Origin: the human T2T-CHM13v2.0 reference genome, Homo sapiens
Assembly: GCF_009914755.1 (NCBI RefSeq)
Contig: NC_060928.1
DNA: 64,000 nt
Reading direction: 5' to 3' (one strand)
Below are positions 13,436 through 27,829 of the stretch, in pieces. Below the pieces are notes generated by a model. It made no database searches, was not told the DNA's origin, and saw only the letters and a list, made by a program, of their open reading frames with translations. Made by a program: the position numbers and the translations under genes. The stretch's first letter is position 1. Each line of letters opens with the position of its first letter.

Positions 13436-15851
13436 ATCAAAGGAGGACACTGACAATTTTAAAATGATTTTACAATACCTAATGTATATACAGACATTAT
13501 AAAGTTTTGGTCACTGTTTTTATTTCACTATATTGCAATAAGTGAATAAGTTTACCACGCTTTGGATGTGGTAAACTTCTACTTTATTATAAAGCTGTTT
13601 ATGTGTATATTATGAATATATCTCATTCTTTCTAATAAAATTTAAGCCTCCAGAAGATTTAAAAAATGTGTCATTTTATACCATTTATACACTTGACTTT
13701 TTCCATTCATTCGTCAAATACTGATTAAATGCATTTATGCTTAGGTTTTCATCAGATCAGTATTTGAGAAATAAGCAAAAGAAATCATGAGAAAATGAAT
13801 GCTTAAATTATTAGCGAGAGACTGAGCTCCACCATTTGTCTGCTTTTGCTTAGTTCTTCCAGATACCCAGGAATGGTGACCAGGAATGATTATGTTTTTT
13901 GTGTGTGCAAAAATCCTAAGTGTCATATTCAAACTCTTAAATTTTGACATAATTAAAATATTTTTCTAACCAATTTTTCCAAAGGGAACTTGTTTGGATG
14001 GTCTATTTCAAAGAATATTTCACCAATTTATTTACTTTTAAGAAGCCATGGACCCTAAATTCCTCTCCCTCTTGAACAGCAAGATGTGCCAGGTGACTGT
14101 CATCTACTATACAATTACAGCTCCTGTATGATTTGCTAGTCAGTAGTGCGAGGAGATCTGTACCTAAACTTGGCACAAATGGATTGTATGATGGGAGTCC
14201 TGGGGAACATTTATGATGCTTGTGCTATTGCAACTACTGTTCTGGGTTTTCTTTTTCCTGTTTCAAACACTGGCCGTGACAGTGCCAGAGACAGCCCATG
14301 ATTTAAGAGTGAAGAATAGTGCTGCTGTTATAGCTGTGGTGTCTGTGATGAATGGAGGCAAAGCAAGCAAGAAGGAAGGAAGATGTGAATTAGGAGGGGA
14401 AGGATAGAAAGTGACAGATTTAAAGCTATCCCCCCAAAAAACATCAGCCACTTTACCCTGTACACAATTTTAATTTTGAGAGGTTTTATGAAATGTCAGG
14501 CTAAATTTTGTTTGAATTACGGTTTAAGTATAAATCACTCTCTACTTAACAATTACACTAGCCTGGGAAGAAATTATTTTCATACTCTTTTCTTGCACTT
14601 CTTAAAATGTTGATTTTTGGTAAAAAAGCATGCAATGTATTATTTTTAAGAAAATATGACGTGAAATATAAAACAACATTGTAAATTTTTTGACTTAGTT
14701 AAATAGTAATTTGATACCATATTTTGCTATCATTTAGAAAAACTTTACAAAATGTTGATAAGCCAACTATGAAATGGCTTGTGGTATGTAAACAATTAAG
14801 CATTTACATGGCATTTTCTGTGTCATCTCCATAGTGGTGGCTGCTATAAGAAACAAACAAAAAGAACATGATATACATTTACCCCATTAGAACTTTAAAA
14901 TATTGTCTCTGATCTAAAATCTGGATACACAAAACAGTTGGTAAAGAAAGGAAAGTCAGCATATAATATAAACCAATAGGGAACATCTTTATGGCGGTTA
15001 GGTACGACCAGAAAGGGGAAGTGCAATGTTAAGCAGCTTCATCATGAATGTTTTAATAACAAGTATGGCTCATCCCATAGTCCAAGAGGTTAATTATAAG
15101 GATTGCATTTTTTTCTCAAAGCTGTTTTTACCTAGAATTCAGTCATCTCAGGCCATGTATGCAGGATTGATGGAATAAATCTCTGAGGATGTAATTTGCA
15201 TGAGATATGAGAAATTCCCTAGCAAGGAGCTCTCCAGAAAAAAAGAAGATTAGAAGAAAGCTATGCCTGCCTTAAAAACAATACCTCAGGCAGGATGAGG
15301 GAGGAAAGATAATTTTAAATAAGGCTGACCTCTAGCCTAGACATCATGGATTTGTACTTCTTCATAGGGGGATGTGTCTGCAAAAAGTAAATTCTGACAT
15401 TACAAAAATCTCTGTGATACATGGGAAGTGCAAAACAGCGCTGTCTAGCATCAGGTATAACAAACAGGGTGAATCACCCCAGAGAGTACAGGTGGCTCCC
15501 TGTTGCTTCATTAGAGAACATAGAAAGTGTCTTAACTAAATCCACACCAGGGTAACATCTGCAATGTTGACAATTCAGAAGAAGCAGCTTCGCACAGTGG
15601 GACATCATTAGCATCAGTGGGAGATGGTACCAAAGCTGCAGCTGTGAGTTTATCACTATAGCCCCTGTGGGAGTGGCAGCAAACAGCAGCATTGAGGTGG
15701 TGGACCTGCACAATACTTTTACACAATACCTGCACGATACTTGCAGACATTGGACGACAGCAGTAGATAACAAAGCAAGAGATCAGAGCTTAAGTAGTTA
15801 ATGAATGAAAAGGTGAATTTTGCAGTTGAAAATACTTTTTAAATAAATATC

Positions 15852-15854
<3 letters not shown>

Positions 15855-15897
<43 letters not shown>
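15855..15897. repeat. (TG)n microsatellite
   Basis: Direct reading. Confidence 0.97.
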
Positions 15898-15900
<3 letters not shown>

Positions 15901-16404
15901 GTTTTCAGAAATAATTAGGGGGAATGTTGGAAGATAAGGGCATGGGTGTATCACATTGGCAGAAGATGCCAAATCAAGAAAAGTACTGTTTTCATAGACA
16001 TAAAGATCCCTTCTTCACCCTCCCAGAATCAAGACCTGGGGATCAACTACACAGAAAGACTACGTACAGGCAGAAGAGAGAGCCTTTCCGTGTATGGGCC
16101 AGGAGATCTTTGTGCTTTCTGCTTTGAGGAAGAGGATGAGCTAAACAGGAAAATCCTTTGGGCCACACGTGCACCGTGTGGTTTATGGATTCTAATCAGA
16201 ATGCCTTTTTAGAACCGTCCATTTAATTAAATTTTGTGAGAAAAGACTAGCCTGGGGTTTATAGGTTCCTGGTTCAAGGTGTAACATGTCCAATACGATA
16301 CCACATGACAAAATTCTAAAAATTTTCTTTAGTTAAACTGTTTCCCACACCCTGTTTTGTGAACCAGACAGTAAGTTTGGTGATAACAGGTTTGTATTTG
16401 CAGT

Positions 16405-16640
16405 AAAAGAGTGTTTAGTGCTTAAGAATAAACTTTAGAACTAAGTCTTAGCTTTCGAGCTTATAAACTATCTTTAGGCAAAGCAGCTCACCTATAAGGA
16501 CCTCGGTTTCCACATTATAAAAATATGTTGTATAACAATAATCGTAACAATAATACCATATGCTTCATGTTGTTGCTGGGGATTTAAATATGTAATATTT
16601 GTAAAGCTCATGAAAGAATATTTCACATATATTATCTCTT
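16405..16640 (+). mobile_element. MIR
   Basis: aggcaaagcagctcacc...cctcggtttccacattataaaa...gttgttgctggggatttaaat. Confidence 0.7.
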
Positions 16641-17435
16641 TGCTATTAATAAATATGAACTCCATTTAAGTGCACTTGGAGCTATTTGATACATATTTCC
16701 TGCTTATTTAATTTAATGATGAAGAAATTTTTAATGTGGCTTTATAACTTAATATCATATATGATTAAATTTACCCACAAGCTATATTTATATTTTAGTA
16801 TACTTAAGGAAAATATCTTTAAAACACATTGGCTTAAAAACTAAAATATTTATCCGTAACCATTAAGTTAAATACTAATGATTATTCTCTACTCCAAAAT
16901 AATAAAATCTCAAAAATTTATATATTATTTAATATACCAACATAAAATATATCAGAAATAAAAAATTATTAAGCCTCTATATGTTTTAAAATTGAAAGCT
17001 ACATGGTTTTAAAAATAAGATCTCCACTATTCCAGGATTTCAGTCTTAAAAAGCATCTTGTTGACTACAGTGCTCTACAAAAGATTACTCAGATATTCAT
17101 TCAGGATCTGCCTGAAAGCTAAGACAATAAATTCAGATTTGATCATTTTTCCTGCACGCGCATATATATTAAAGGGATTCACAACAATTGGAAATGACTG
17201 TAGTAAGGCAAAGTTCTCTTTTAAGATACTTGAGTAAAATAACGGCTCTACAAAATTAATGTTGTCAATGTAGACAGCCAGGTAAGATGATTTCTTATTT
17301 AATTCCTGATATATAAGCATTATTTCAATCAATAATTACTTATTATAACTACTGTGGGAAAACCACTTTGGAAGGTGAAGCAAGAACACATAAAGATGAT
17401 TTAAAAGTTTTAAAATCTACAATAGCCAAAATAAA

Positions 17436-17830
17436 GTTTTGGGTTACAATGTGCCCACACATGCCCTTAGAATTCATATGTTGAAGCCCTGAACCACAGT
17501 CCTTCAGAATGCAACAGTGTTTGGAGATAGAGCCATTAAAGAGCTGTTAAGTTAAAATGAGGTTCATAGGACTGGTGTCCTTATAAGAGGAAGGAATGTG
17601 CACACACAGACTCCAAAGACATACTGCACATAGGAAAGACTATGTGCATACTCACTAAGAAGGTGGCCATCTGAAAGGCTAAGAAGACTCACAGAGAAAA
17701 ACAAACCCAATGGTACCTTGATCTTGGACTTCGAGCCTCCAGAATGGTGAGAAATTAAATGGCTATTATTTAAGCCAACTAGTCTTAAGCCAATGTGGTA
17801 TCTTGTTTAGCAGCCCTAACAAACTAATGC
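17436..17830 (+). mobile_element. MLT1B-like MaLR solo LTR
   Basis: aattcatatgttgaagccct...gactggtgtccttataagagg...accttgatcttggacttcgagcctccagaa...gcagccctaacaaactaatgc. Confidence 0.88.
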
Positions 17831-17960
17831 AAAATTACACTATTTTCTAAAATTATTTGGGACTCAGAATCAATAAACTTTCTTACCTCTGATTTCTCAT
17901 CAGAAACTATGGTTTATTTGTAGAACATCTCACAATATGTTGCATTTTTCAAAGTTATAA

Positions 17961-18271
<311 letters not shown>

Positions 18272-18324
18272 TAACCCATCTATTTTTAAAGCTGATTATG
18301 GACAACTCAAGAACAAAATTTCTT

Positions 18325-18732
18325 ATATTAATGTTTGTCCTCTCCAAATCTCATGTTGAAATTCGATCCCGAATGTTGGAGATGGGCCTAATGGAAGATG
18401 TTGGGATCATGCGGGTGACCCTTCATGAATGGCTTCATGCCTTTCTCATGGTAATGAGTGAATTCTCACCCTTAGTTCCTGTAAGGACTGATTGTTAAAA
18501 ACAACCTGGCACCTCTTCCTCTTTCTCTCATTTCCTTTCTCTCACCATATGATGATGGCTCCCCTTTCCCTTCTGCTATGATTTGGAAGCTCCCTGAAGC
18601 CCTTACCAGAAACAAATGCTGGCATCATGCCTCTTATACAGCCTGCAGAACCAGGAGCCTAATAAACCTCTTTTTAAATAAATTACCCAGCCCCAGGTAT
18701 TCCTTTGTAGCCATCCAAAACAGACTAATACA
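18325..18732 (+). mobile_element. MSTB-like MaLR solo LTR
   Basis: ccaaatctcatgttgaaatt...cagcctgcagaacc...aattacccagccccaggtattcctttgtagc...cagactaataca. Confidence 0.9.
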
Positions 18733-18909
18733 ATTACACATTTATGTACTTATATGTAGCTTCATTTTATGTCTTACAGTAGGAGATACATAACTGCCTC
18801 TTCAATGAATGTTTTATTTGCTTACTAGAGAGGAAACTGTGAAAGAGGAATTACATTATGGCCTCTTAATAGATTCATCTGTCCATTATCAATAAGATAA
18901 TAATTTTTA

Positions 18910-19345
18910 AAAGGAAGACACTGAAGGAAGACTGAGTCTGGGTAAATGTATTGAGTCAAGTTTGAATTTGTGGTATAGTGAGTATGAGTTCTTGGTATGC
19001 ATGCCTGTAAAAAATTACTTAATCCAAGAAGTGTGAGATGAAAAGCCAAAAGAATAGAAAAACATGTAAAAATAGGGGTCACCAATGTATACATGAACAG
19101 TAAAAACATGTAAGTAAACGGCATTGCATAGGAAAAAAGAGGCATAAGAACAGGACCTTAAGAATCATGCATATTAAAATATTGAATACAAGAAAAAGTA
19201 TGAGTGAAGAAGTTGAAAAGGAGCATAGAGAAAAGAGCTGGCCAGAAAAATGGAAGTGTGCAGAGGAAAAAAACACTTAATAAAAAGATAATTAAATATG
19301 TCAAATACTGAAGAGCTAGTAAAGGAAATGAGGACCGAATAATAA
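18910..19345 (-). mobile_element. L2 fragment
   Basis: agtttgaatttgtggtatagtgagtatgag, ggggtcaccaatgtatacatg, tgtcaaatactgaagag...gaaatgaggac. Confidence 0.6.
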
Positions 19346-19423
19346 TTATGAAGTAAAATAATAATCAGAAACTTAATAGTAAGGCAGATATGAAAGCCTA
19401 CAAACAAAATAAGAAAGAGCATA

Positions 19424-19695
19424 TGTGTTAGATGCTACCAGTGCTCTCTGATATACAGTTCTTTTCTTCCAGGCACATAAATGTCTACCCTCCCCAGCCC
19501 CTTACAGATTGGTGAGATCAGGTGACTTAATTTAACTAATGAAATGTAAAGAAAATAAAATGCTACACTTTGACTAAAACATTTAATTACCACTGAAAGC
19601 CACTCTGTGTCTTCTCCTACTGATATCCCAGGGTGAGCTACATAATCCAAAGATGAACTATGAAGAAATTGAAACAGCTAACCTAGTCTGATCTT
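19424..19695 (+). mobile_element. MLT1J-like LTR fragment
   Basis: cttccaggcacata...ccccagccccttacagattgg...gtgacttaatttaactaatgaaatgt. Confidence 0.6.
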
Positions 19696-22600
19696 TCTGG
19701 TATTTCCAACGTATGAATAGTAAAATGTAAGATAGGAGTTTGAGAAGTAAGTAAAATTAAGGCAATAAGGGAAAAGGATAAGTGAGTATGTGTTTGAAAA
19801 GAGAAAGAGAGAGAATGAATGAAAGAAAAAATATCCAGTTAAAATTGGATAAATTCGCAGCTCCTTGGGAAATTGTATAGGTAAATCTCATCACTGAATT
19901 TACTAAAGGCTTGTGGTTATAGGGAAAGTGACAAAGGTTAGTCAAGAGGTGAAACCACTCAGAGCATGAATGAGGGCAACATTAGAATTTTATCTACTGT
20001 ATTCAGGATCGGTAACAAGATGAATTAACGCTGACATGGATGATAGAGGGGCAATTACTGAAGTGTTGAGGATCTCTAAACATATTTAGTAATTCTTGCT
20101 TTTAAGCCTGAACAAAGTTTAAGAGTAACCCAGGAGGAGGACTGGTTAATTTCATCTGAAGAATACCAGGAAAGGATGAAGACAGGAGACAACATCCTTG
20201 TAAGTGTTTTAGGTGATAAACAGGAGTTTAACTGGGAGATCAATTAAGTGAGGGCATTTCAAAAAGAGGACACTAATTTGAATGTGATACATCAGCCAGC
20301 GTTTCAGAAATATAAGCAATATAGAATGATAACACAATAAAACTATCAAAAATTAGGGAGGTTACAAACCCCTGCTCTTTATATTCCTTGCTTAGTGCTT
20401 GGAATTCATGCTAGAGGAAAAAAAATTCTAAGTCCATTAAAGAGTATAGGTGCATAATACTTACTCTATTTTAGGAAGATTATATCACCAAATGAATAAT
20501 AAAATTTAAATTCCAGTAAAAGTGCCAAAGTCTGCATATGTTACAGAATTCTATATGATTCATTTTGTTTATTTTTTCTGTGGAGTTGTAAGAATAATTT
20601 ATGAAGCGCTGTTTTATCCTCAAAAGATGTGTGCTAACATCACTGCTTTAAAACTACCAACTGTTTTTCCGAACCTGCCAGGGGCTTATTTAACTTTATC
20701 TTAGGAGCTCTTTGGTCCATTTTTCAAAGTAGATATGAGAAGAACAATTGTTCTCAAATTCTTGTATGAAGGAAAACAGGGATGTCAACAATTTTTAAAG
20801 GAAGATATTATTTAATTAAGCTATCAGACAAAAGGAGTCAAATACTGTGAAAAGCAATGCATAGAATAACCATTTCAATATGTATCAAGCTTTAAGGTGC
20901 TTTGATGTTTTCTACTAATTAAAGGGACTTAGTCCAGCTACATATTCAAAAATATTTCAATATGGCCATACTTAACCTTCTGATGCTTTGTCTTAGTGCT
21001 TATCTTTAAATTTGTAATGCTTATGATCCTTCTTTGTAACTGCTCCAAATGTACCATACCAATTTATTTTGTATGCCTCAACTTTGGCATGGACACAATA
21101 TCCCAAACAGTTCTGAGGGGTGATTAATGTAATCACTTCTAATAATCCATCAAGTGAAAACATACTGCCATTTTCTTAAGAAGATATCCAAAATAAGCTT
21201 CATTGCCATGATAAAAGAAATTTTCTGTTTAGTCAACTCTGATTATAGTTGCTTCTTTATTTTTTAAATTTCACACTATCTTGGCGTTAACTTAATCATC
21301 AATCATCTCCCACCTTTATTCCTATTGTGTTTTCTCTATCGTTTCATTATGTCAATTGCCTCACTGTTGTGGTTATTCCATCTCCTCCAAGAAGATCCTC
21401 AAGGAGAAGAATTAGTTTTTAATCTCAGTAACTATATTTAATATGATTGCAATATATTTTATTTGACAAAATTTTCAAGAAGGACGATAAAAGACAAATT
21501 AATTTTCTAAGGTGCTAGGCTGCCTAAATTGAAATAATAGTTAACAAAAACTCATCGCCATCAACTATATCTGCAAATATTACTTGAAAAAGTCATAAAA
21601 TTTTCTTTTTCAGAATGGCGTATGATTTTCAGGAATGATCTTGGATCATAGGGTGTATTAAATAAATATTAGATAGTATTAGATAAAAGATATAACTTCT
21701 AAAACAATGCATACATAGCAAGGTTTTTAAACACTATATGGTTTTACACACATTTGATTTGTTAGTAGATAGGACTAACATTAGTCTCACCATGTTTCAA
21801 AGGAAGAATTATAATACTAAAATCTTAAGTTATTTGTCGTAAGGATACTTGACTACTAAATGGCAGGGCAGTATTAACCCAGGTTTCATAGCTCCAGATT
21901 TACATTGTTTCTTCTAAATCATTACATACATTCAGGAGGCAAAGAGACATACAATTTAAAATATCTGAATTAAAGCAGTGAAAGAGAATAAATGTAGAAT
22001 TGATTTATTAGGACTATTGACAAAAATCACAGAATTAAATTCTCTAAGGAGAATATAATCACAGAACTACACTCTCTAAGGAGAATTTAAATAAGAGTGA
22101 GATGTTAAATTTACCAATAAACAAACAAGGTTGTAATACAGAATAAAATTCTGCATATAGTACTATGAAGAACTGAGGAAATTTAAGTAATTACTACCAA
22201 CTAAATTTATGCAAACCACAAGAAATAATAACTGGCTTACTGTGTACTCATAAAAGAATATAATTCGTTGACTTGAAATCATGGTTTAGGGAGAAATAGG
22301 AAACACAAGCATAGTTTGCTGTTATCAAATACACACCTAACCCTTTTCAAGGTCTGAGTTTTCTTTATAATAAAATACAATACAGAGGTTGAGCCAGAAG
22401 GGTCAGAAATAACAGTAAAGATAAACACCATTTATTTTCCTGTGAAGAAAATTTGTAGCTAGACTAGTGATGCAGTACTCACATTATGCTGACATACAGG
22501 CTCTTGAGACTTATGTTGAAAGCTAGGTACAGGAAAACGATAATGTGCAATTGTGCATAGTTTTGAAGGATGGTGGTAGCATCAGTGTTACATTGTCCTT

Positions 22601-22871
22601 GCTAACTAAATCAGTCTTGTTTATTGGAATCTACTTTAGGGACAAATTTTTTGCAGAACACTGAAGTTGAATCTAATGGATGAAGATTGCATGTTGCCTT
22701 TGGGAGGCTATTCTACAGAGGCATCATTTGAGGTCCCACATTTGTATCAAATTAGTGTCAAGCTTATTTCTAAAAGTTTGTGCTGTTCTGAAAAAAAAAT
22801 TGTGTTAACGAAAGCCAGAGAGTTTCTTCACAATTCAGCTCTATTTTTTTCAGTTTTTATTATAAGGTGAC

Positions 22872-22920
22872 AAAATAAAATAGAAGCCTAAAATAAAACA
22901 AAATAAAATAAAATAAAATA
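22872..22920. repeat. (AAAAT)n simple repeat
   Basis: Direct reading. Confidence 0.85.
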
Positions 22921-22929
22921 GAACTTTGA

Positions 22930-23085
22930 GCATAATAACTGAGAACTGAGATTCAGAAGACTGGATTTAAATCTAAATTCTGCCAATTACTACTTAAATG
23001 CCAATATGCAAGTTACTTATGCTACTTCAGTTTTTTAAAAGAATAAAATATATAAAATAAACACCTCTTATTTTGGCTGATCATT
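22930..23085 (+). mobile_element. MIR
   Basis: agattcagaagactggatttaaatctaaattctgccaattact...gcaagttactta. Confidence 0.65.
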
Positions 23086-23147
23086 AAGTAATAGTTAACC
23101 AACACCACAAAGTCATGCCTTTAAATTATTGATGCTGATTAAACATT

Positions 23148-23630
23148 TGTGGAAAATTCTGCTATTTGTTCCTCCAAAAATTATACTTCTCTTCTTCATT
23201 ATGATCAGAACCCTTGATGCAGCATAAGATAGAATGGACCCAATGATCAGCTTCATAGTTTCCCTTTTCAACCATGGATAATCCCTTCAATACATTATAA
23301 GCAGAAGTTAAGTTTCATTCTCCTCATTATAGGTCATATTGTTTTTCTATGCTATGTCATTTCATTCAGGCTAGAAAATAGATTTGGTGAATGATGATAG
23401 AGTAGCCATCTTAAGACCATAAGGATAGAATTTATTTTTAAGATGTTACAAATGTCCAAGTGAAAATTCAAAAGAGCTTGGTTCCTTCATATCTTCATAT
23501 TTCTGTCCCACCAGTACTAAAATGCTTATTTCCAAACATCTATTACAGAACATGAGAAAAATAAACAACTATTTGGTAAGGCACTCCATCAAGTATTCTA
23601 TAAAATGTGTATAAACATAATCCTTACCCA
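23148..23630 (+). mobile_element. MLT1K/L-like old MaLR LTR
   Basis: gtagccatcttaagaccataagg, aagagcttggttccttca, catgagaaaaataaac. Confidence 0.6.
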
Positions 23631-23709
23631 TGTTAGGTTTGACAGATTTATTAATGCATTTTCTTAGCATCATTTCTGCTATGTAAGATCTCATTATATA
23701 TAATGTCAT

Positions 23710-23822
23710 AACTATCATAATCTAATTGGATGAATATGGTTCATGTATACATATATTGAGAAAACACACTGTACACCTTAAATATGTATCATTCTTATGT
23801 GTTAAGTTAAAACAATGAAAAA
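23710..23822 (+). mobile_element. L1MA-type extreme 3' end
   Basis: catgtatacatatattgagaaaacacactgtacaccttaaatatgtatc. Confidence 0.6.
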
Positions 23823-24464
23823 ATCTTGAAATAATTTATATATCAACATTATCAGAAACAATAATAGCTAACTGGTACAGAAAATAGATACTATTATATA
23901 TATTGAGTTTGTCCTAATTCCAACGCACCATGCTTAAAATGAATGACCACACAATTTTCATTGCCCAAGAATTCCAATTCTAGTCAAAAAGACAGGGAAT
24001 ACAGATATGAAAAGTTAGTGCTATAACTTTCTCTGTTCCATCTTTGCCAAGTTCTCACTCATTCAATGAAAAAAAAAAACTTGAGTTTTTACATTTTTCA
24101 ACTATATTCCTATCAAAATATGACCCTAGAATAAAACAAATACTGATGAAGAAAATAGAATAGGCCTGTATTAGTGTTTTGAGCAGAAAGAAGCAACTAT
24201 TGGACGGCTTTAAGATGAAGGAGAGATTTGCATCAGATGCAGAGACAGTCTGGAAATAAGCTAGTACTCTTCTGAACCTTCTGGTTATGATTAAAACAGG
24301 AAAAAGTATATTTTACGACATTTTACAAATGTAAAGTCAGAACCTGTAAGTGCATAATAAAATATTTATTATCCCAAAACTGTGAATTATATTTTGTTTT
24401 TTCTTTAGAACTATTTTGAATTTTTATGCACAGTCAGTCGTGGTGAAAAAGTGTTGTACAACTT

Positions 24465-25680
24465 TGTGTGTTTTAAATTAATTTGGTAAGAGTTGATTTC
24501 TAATAATTTTGAGTTTTCTAATTCATAAATATGGCATATTTCTCTATTTATTTGTGTTATCATTGAATTTTTTTTCCAGTACGGTAATTTTTAGCTACCA
24601 ATATTTTACAAATATTAGATTTATTTCAAACATTTCATTTTTTATTGATGCTATAAGAAAAACTGTCATTTTATTGCTGTGTATTGATAGAATAAAAATC
24701 AAATTGATTTTTGTCATTTTAATCCTGAATCTCAAGACCTGGATGAACTGAGTTACTAGTTTTGAAACTTTACACATAATTAGAAAGAAATGTAATGTAG
24801 ATAGTTGTCACCCATAAAAAGTTTTTTTTTTTCCTTTCCACTCTGTATATTTCTTTCTTACTTTCTCTTGCCTCATTGCACTAAATAGGACGTCCAGTAA
24901 TATAATGAATACAGGTGATGAAAGTATACATTCTTTGTTATTGATTTTAGGAGGAAATATTCAGTTTCATCATTAAAATTATGTTAGATGTAGGATTTTG
25001 TAGATATACTTTATCAGGTAATAAATGTTCCCTCAACTAATTTTCCTTATGAATAGATGTTGAATTTTGTCAAATGCTTTTCTGCATCTATTTAAATATC
25101 TCATGTTTTTTTTTCTTGACCACTCAATAGGATTAGTTACACTAATTGATCTTCAATAATGAAACATCCTTGAATTATCAGGATAAAAATCAATTGGTTG
25201 TGATATATTTTTTCTCTGATCTATTGTTAAATTTGATTTGCTAGTATTTTGTGGAGAACTTTTGTAGCTATGTTCTTGATAAAAATTGTTCTGATTTTTT
25301 TTTGTTTTTGTAACATTTTTGTCCATATTTAGCCTCACAATAATGCTGACCTTCTTAGTTTGTTAAACAGTGTCCCTATTCTATGTTCGGAAAGACATTC
25401 TGAAGAAGTGGTTTCATTTCTTCTTTAAATCTTTGGGAAAATTCACCAGTTGAATCCACGGATTCTGGAAATCCCCTTGTTGGATATTTTAAGAATGATT
25501 TCAACATTTGTAATAAGTACATTACTATTTGGTTTATCTAATTGTACTGAAATTGGTTTTACAACCCTGTGTTTCTCAAGGAATTTATCCGTTGTACCTA
25601 ATTTGTCAAATTAATGGATACTGAATTTCTCATACTTCTCCCTTTTTATCCTCTTGAATACTATAGATTTGATTGTGATA
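24465..25680 (-). mobile_element. Ancient L1M ORF2 fragment
   Basis: gttgaattttgtcaaatgctttttctgcatctatt, tttgatttgctagtattttg, aattcaccagttgaatcc; reverse ORF2 RT region. Confidence 0.85.
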
Positions 25681-26504
25681 AAAATTTTAATTAAAAATAA
25701 AAATAATTTCAAGTGACCCAGAGTAGGTTTATTAATGAAATAGAGGAGCTGGGAAAATATAAAACACTCAGATTTGTAATAACAGCCATTGGAGATATAT
25801 AGCAGAACTACAATGAGTTTGGAGCCTAGATACAAAAATATGTAAACTATTGTAATTCCTCCTTAGAGGCAGCAATTCAATGGGAGATCTAGAAAAACAC
25901 TGATTGCCATTTGCTAGTTGCTATAAACAGCCTTTTTTAGTTAGGCTGAAACCATCTCCCCTGCTAGACAATTTGCCAGGTTCAATTTGTTTTCTGTGTA
26001 TCCAAGAAAGACCTTGCAATGCACCATCAATATGCTCATACTAGCCACCTTCTGGGTTCTCTTCTGAATCTGAGATAATGCCCAGGATAATTAAGAAATA
26101 CTAGGATTTTTTATGAACAGTATTTTCCTCTGGATCTTGTCAAATGAAAGGGCTAGATATATACTTTACTTCATTTTTGACTAATATTGACCAACACAGA
26201 TTTGATTTGATGTTCCAATGAAATGCTTTGATTTGATGTACCAATGATATGATTATTTTGGAAAGTATTTACTACCCTGTTCCTTATACTAAACTATTCA
26301 AGTTATTTTAATCAATAGACAAAAGAGATTTAAGATACAAATATAAATTATTCAAGTACAGTTACTTTGTCTCAGCAGTGCTGAAAAGTACCTACATTCC
26401 ATTAGAAACTTACGTGTTTGTAATAGTTTGAAGAATCATAGCTCTAGATAAAATTTGAAGTAAAATTCAAAAACTACAAAATTCAGAGCTCTTTTTTTAG
26501 GAAT

Positions 26505-26625
26505 TTCAATTATGATTATTACATTTTTAGATGAGCTTATCGAGGCACAGCTAATTTAAATCATTTACTTTCACACAGCCAGATTTTGACAGAACTAGAA
26601 CTAGATCCTAAGCCTTAAGTATCCC
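26505..26625 (-). mobile_element. MIR
   Basis: catttttagatgagcttatcgaggcacag...tcacacagcc...cagaactagaactaga. Confidence 0.6.
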
Positions 26626-27829
26626 TTTTCATTATTTCTTCTATTATTCCCAATGCCCTTCAATAGTTACTGCAATGGCTGCTGTAGACAGGAAACTCTG
26701 TTTTAGATTTATAATGTTAAGAGAAAACGATAAACATAATAGATATAAATTGAATAATAATGAAAAATTAGTTTTATGTCCTTGGCAAGAAGCACCAAAA
26801 GCATGCTATAATTAATTGCAGCTGTTTTCACATAGAAGCGGTACAGTTTCCCTTTCTTCTCAGGAGTTGCTGAATCAGGCTATGTAGCAAAGTTGATGTA
26901 TACCTTCTGTGGAAATTAGATGTTTTAGATGCACTGTTCTCAGATGCCAGGATGGATGACAGTATGAGATATAATCCTTTCCTGTGTAATGCAACCTAAA
27001 CCAATCTACGTTCTAGAAGTCATTTGATTTCTCCCCTCTCTAGTGCTATCACATAGCAACTGACTCTCCGGGGACTCCATTCATGCTGAGATTGCACTAG
27101 CTAGTGATTACACTACTGAATCAGTCTGTAATCAATCTTGCATCCTACTGATCTTTTTTGGAATTTTTCTTTTGGTCACCAACTAATGGGAAACACAGCA
27201 TGGTAAAGAATAATATAGTTTCATCTAATTGTAGCTCCATTAAAAAGGCCTCTGGGTACTCTTGTATTCACCTTACAATGAAAGTGTTCATAATGCACTC
27301 AATTTCTAAAGTCAAAACAGGTAATTATTATAGAGTTAGCTTGACTTACCTTGAGTATAAATGCATCATTTTCAAAATATATGAGTTCCCAAAACAAAGT
27401 TTTCTCAGAACAAAATGTGTTTTTTTCTCTTCTATTTTCTTTTTATAGTTAATACAGACACCCAGATGGGCTTCATCATTAGGAGATGCCCTCTCCAACT
27501 TATAGATTAGTAAAGAAATGTATATATGACATAATTTAAAGGGCATTGACAGTTCTGTCTTCAGTGCATATTTTTAATAGGCAGGGCTAGTGAGGGAAAC
27601 ATGATAAGATATCTCAGTTTTCAGCCACTTCTAACATGGTATATATGAAGATATATGAAGCAATAATTTAGATCCACAGAAACTGAAAGTAAAATAAGTA
27701 TTGGAAAAAAATGGAGGTAAATGCAAGTTAGAAATATATGTTCTTACCATGTTGCCAACAAAGTATTTTGAGGAGACTGCTTGATTGTGACAGATTTCCC
27801 AATTACTCATATTTATATCTGCCTTAGTT

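Noticed and set aside
14213-14407. Signal-peptide-like 64-aa ORF (MMLVLLQLLFWVFFFL...)
   Set aside because: Hydrophobicity is explained by T-rich sequence; no promoter, splice or homology evidence
15474-15773. Cys-rich 99-aa minus-strand ORF
   Set aside because: No domain pattern; lies within a probable decayed repeat
22025-26252. Short direct repeats as a CRISPR-like array
   Set aside because: Only isolated two-copy tandem duplications without spacers, in a primate genome
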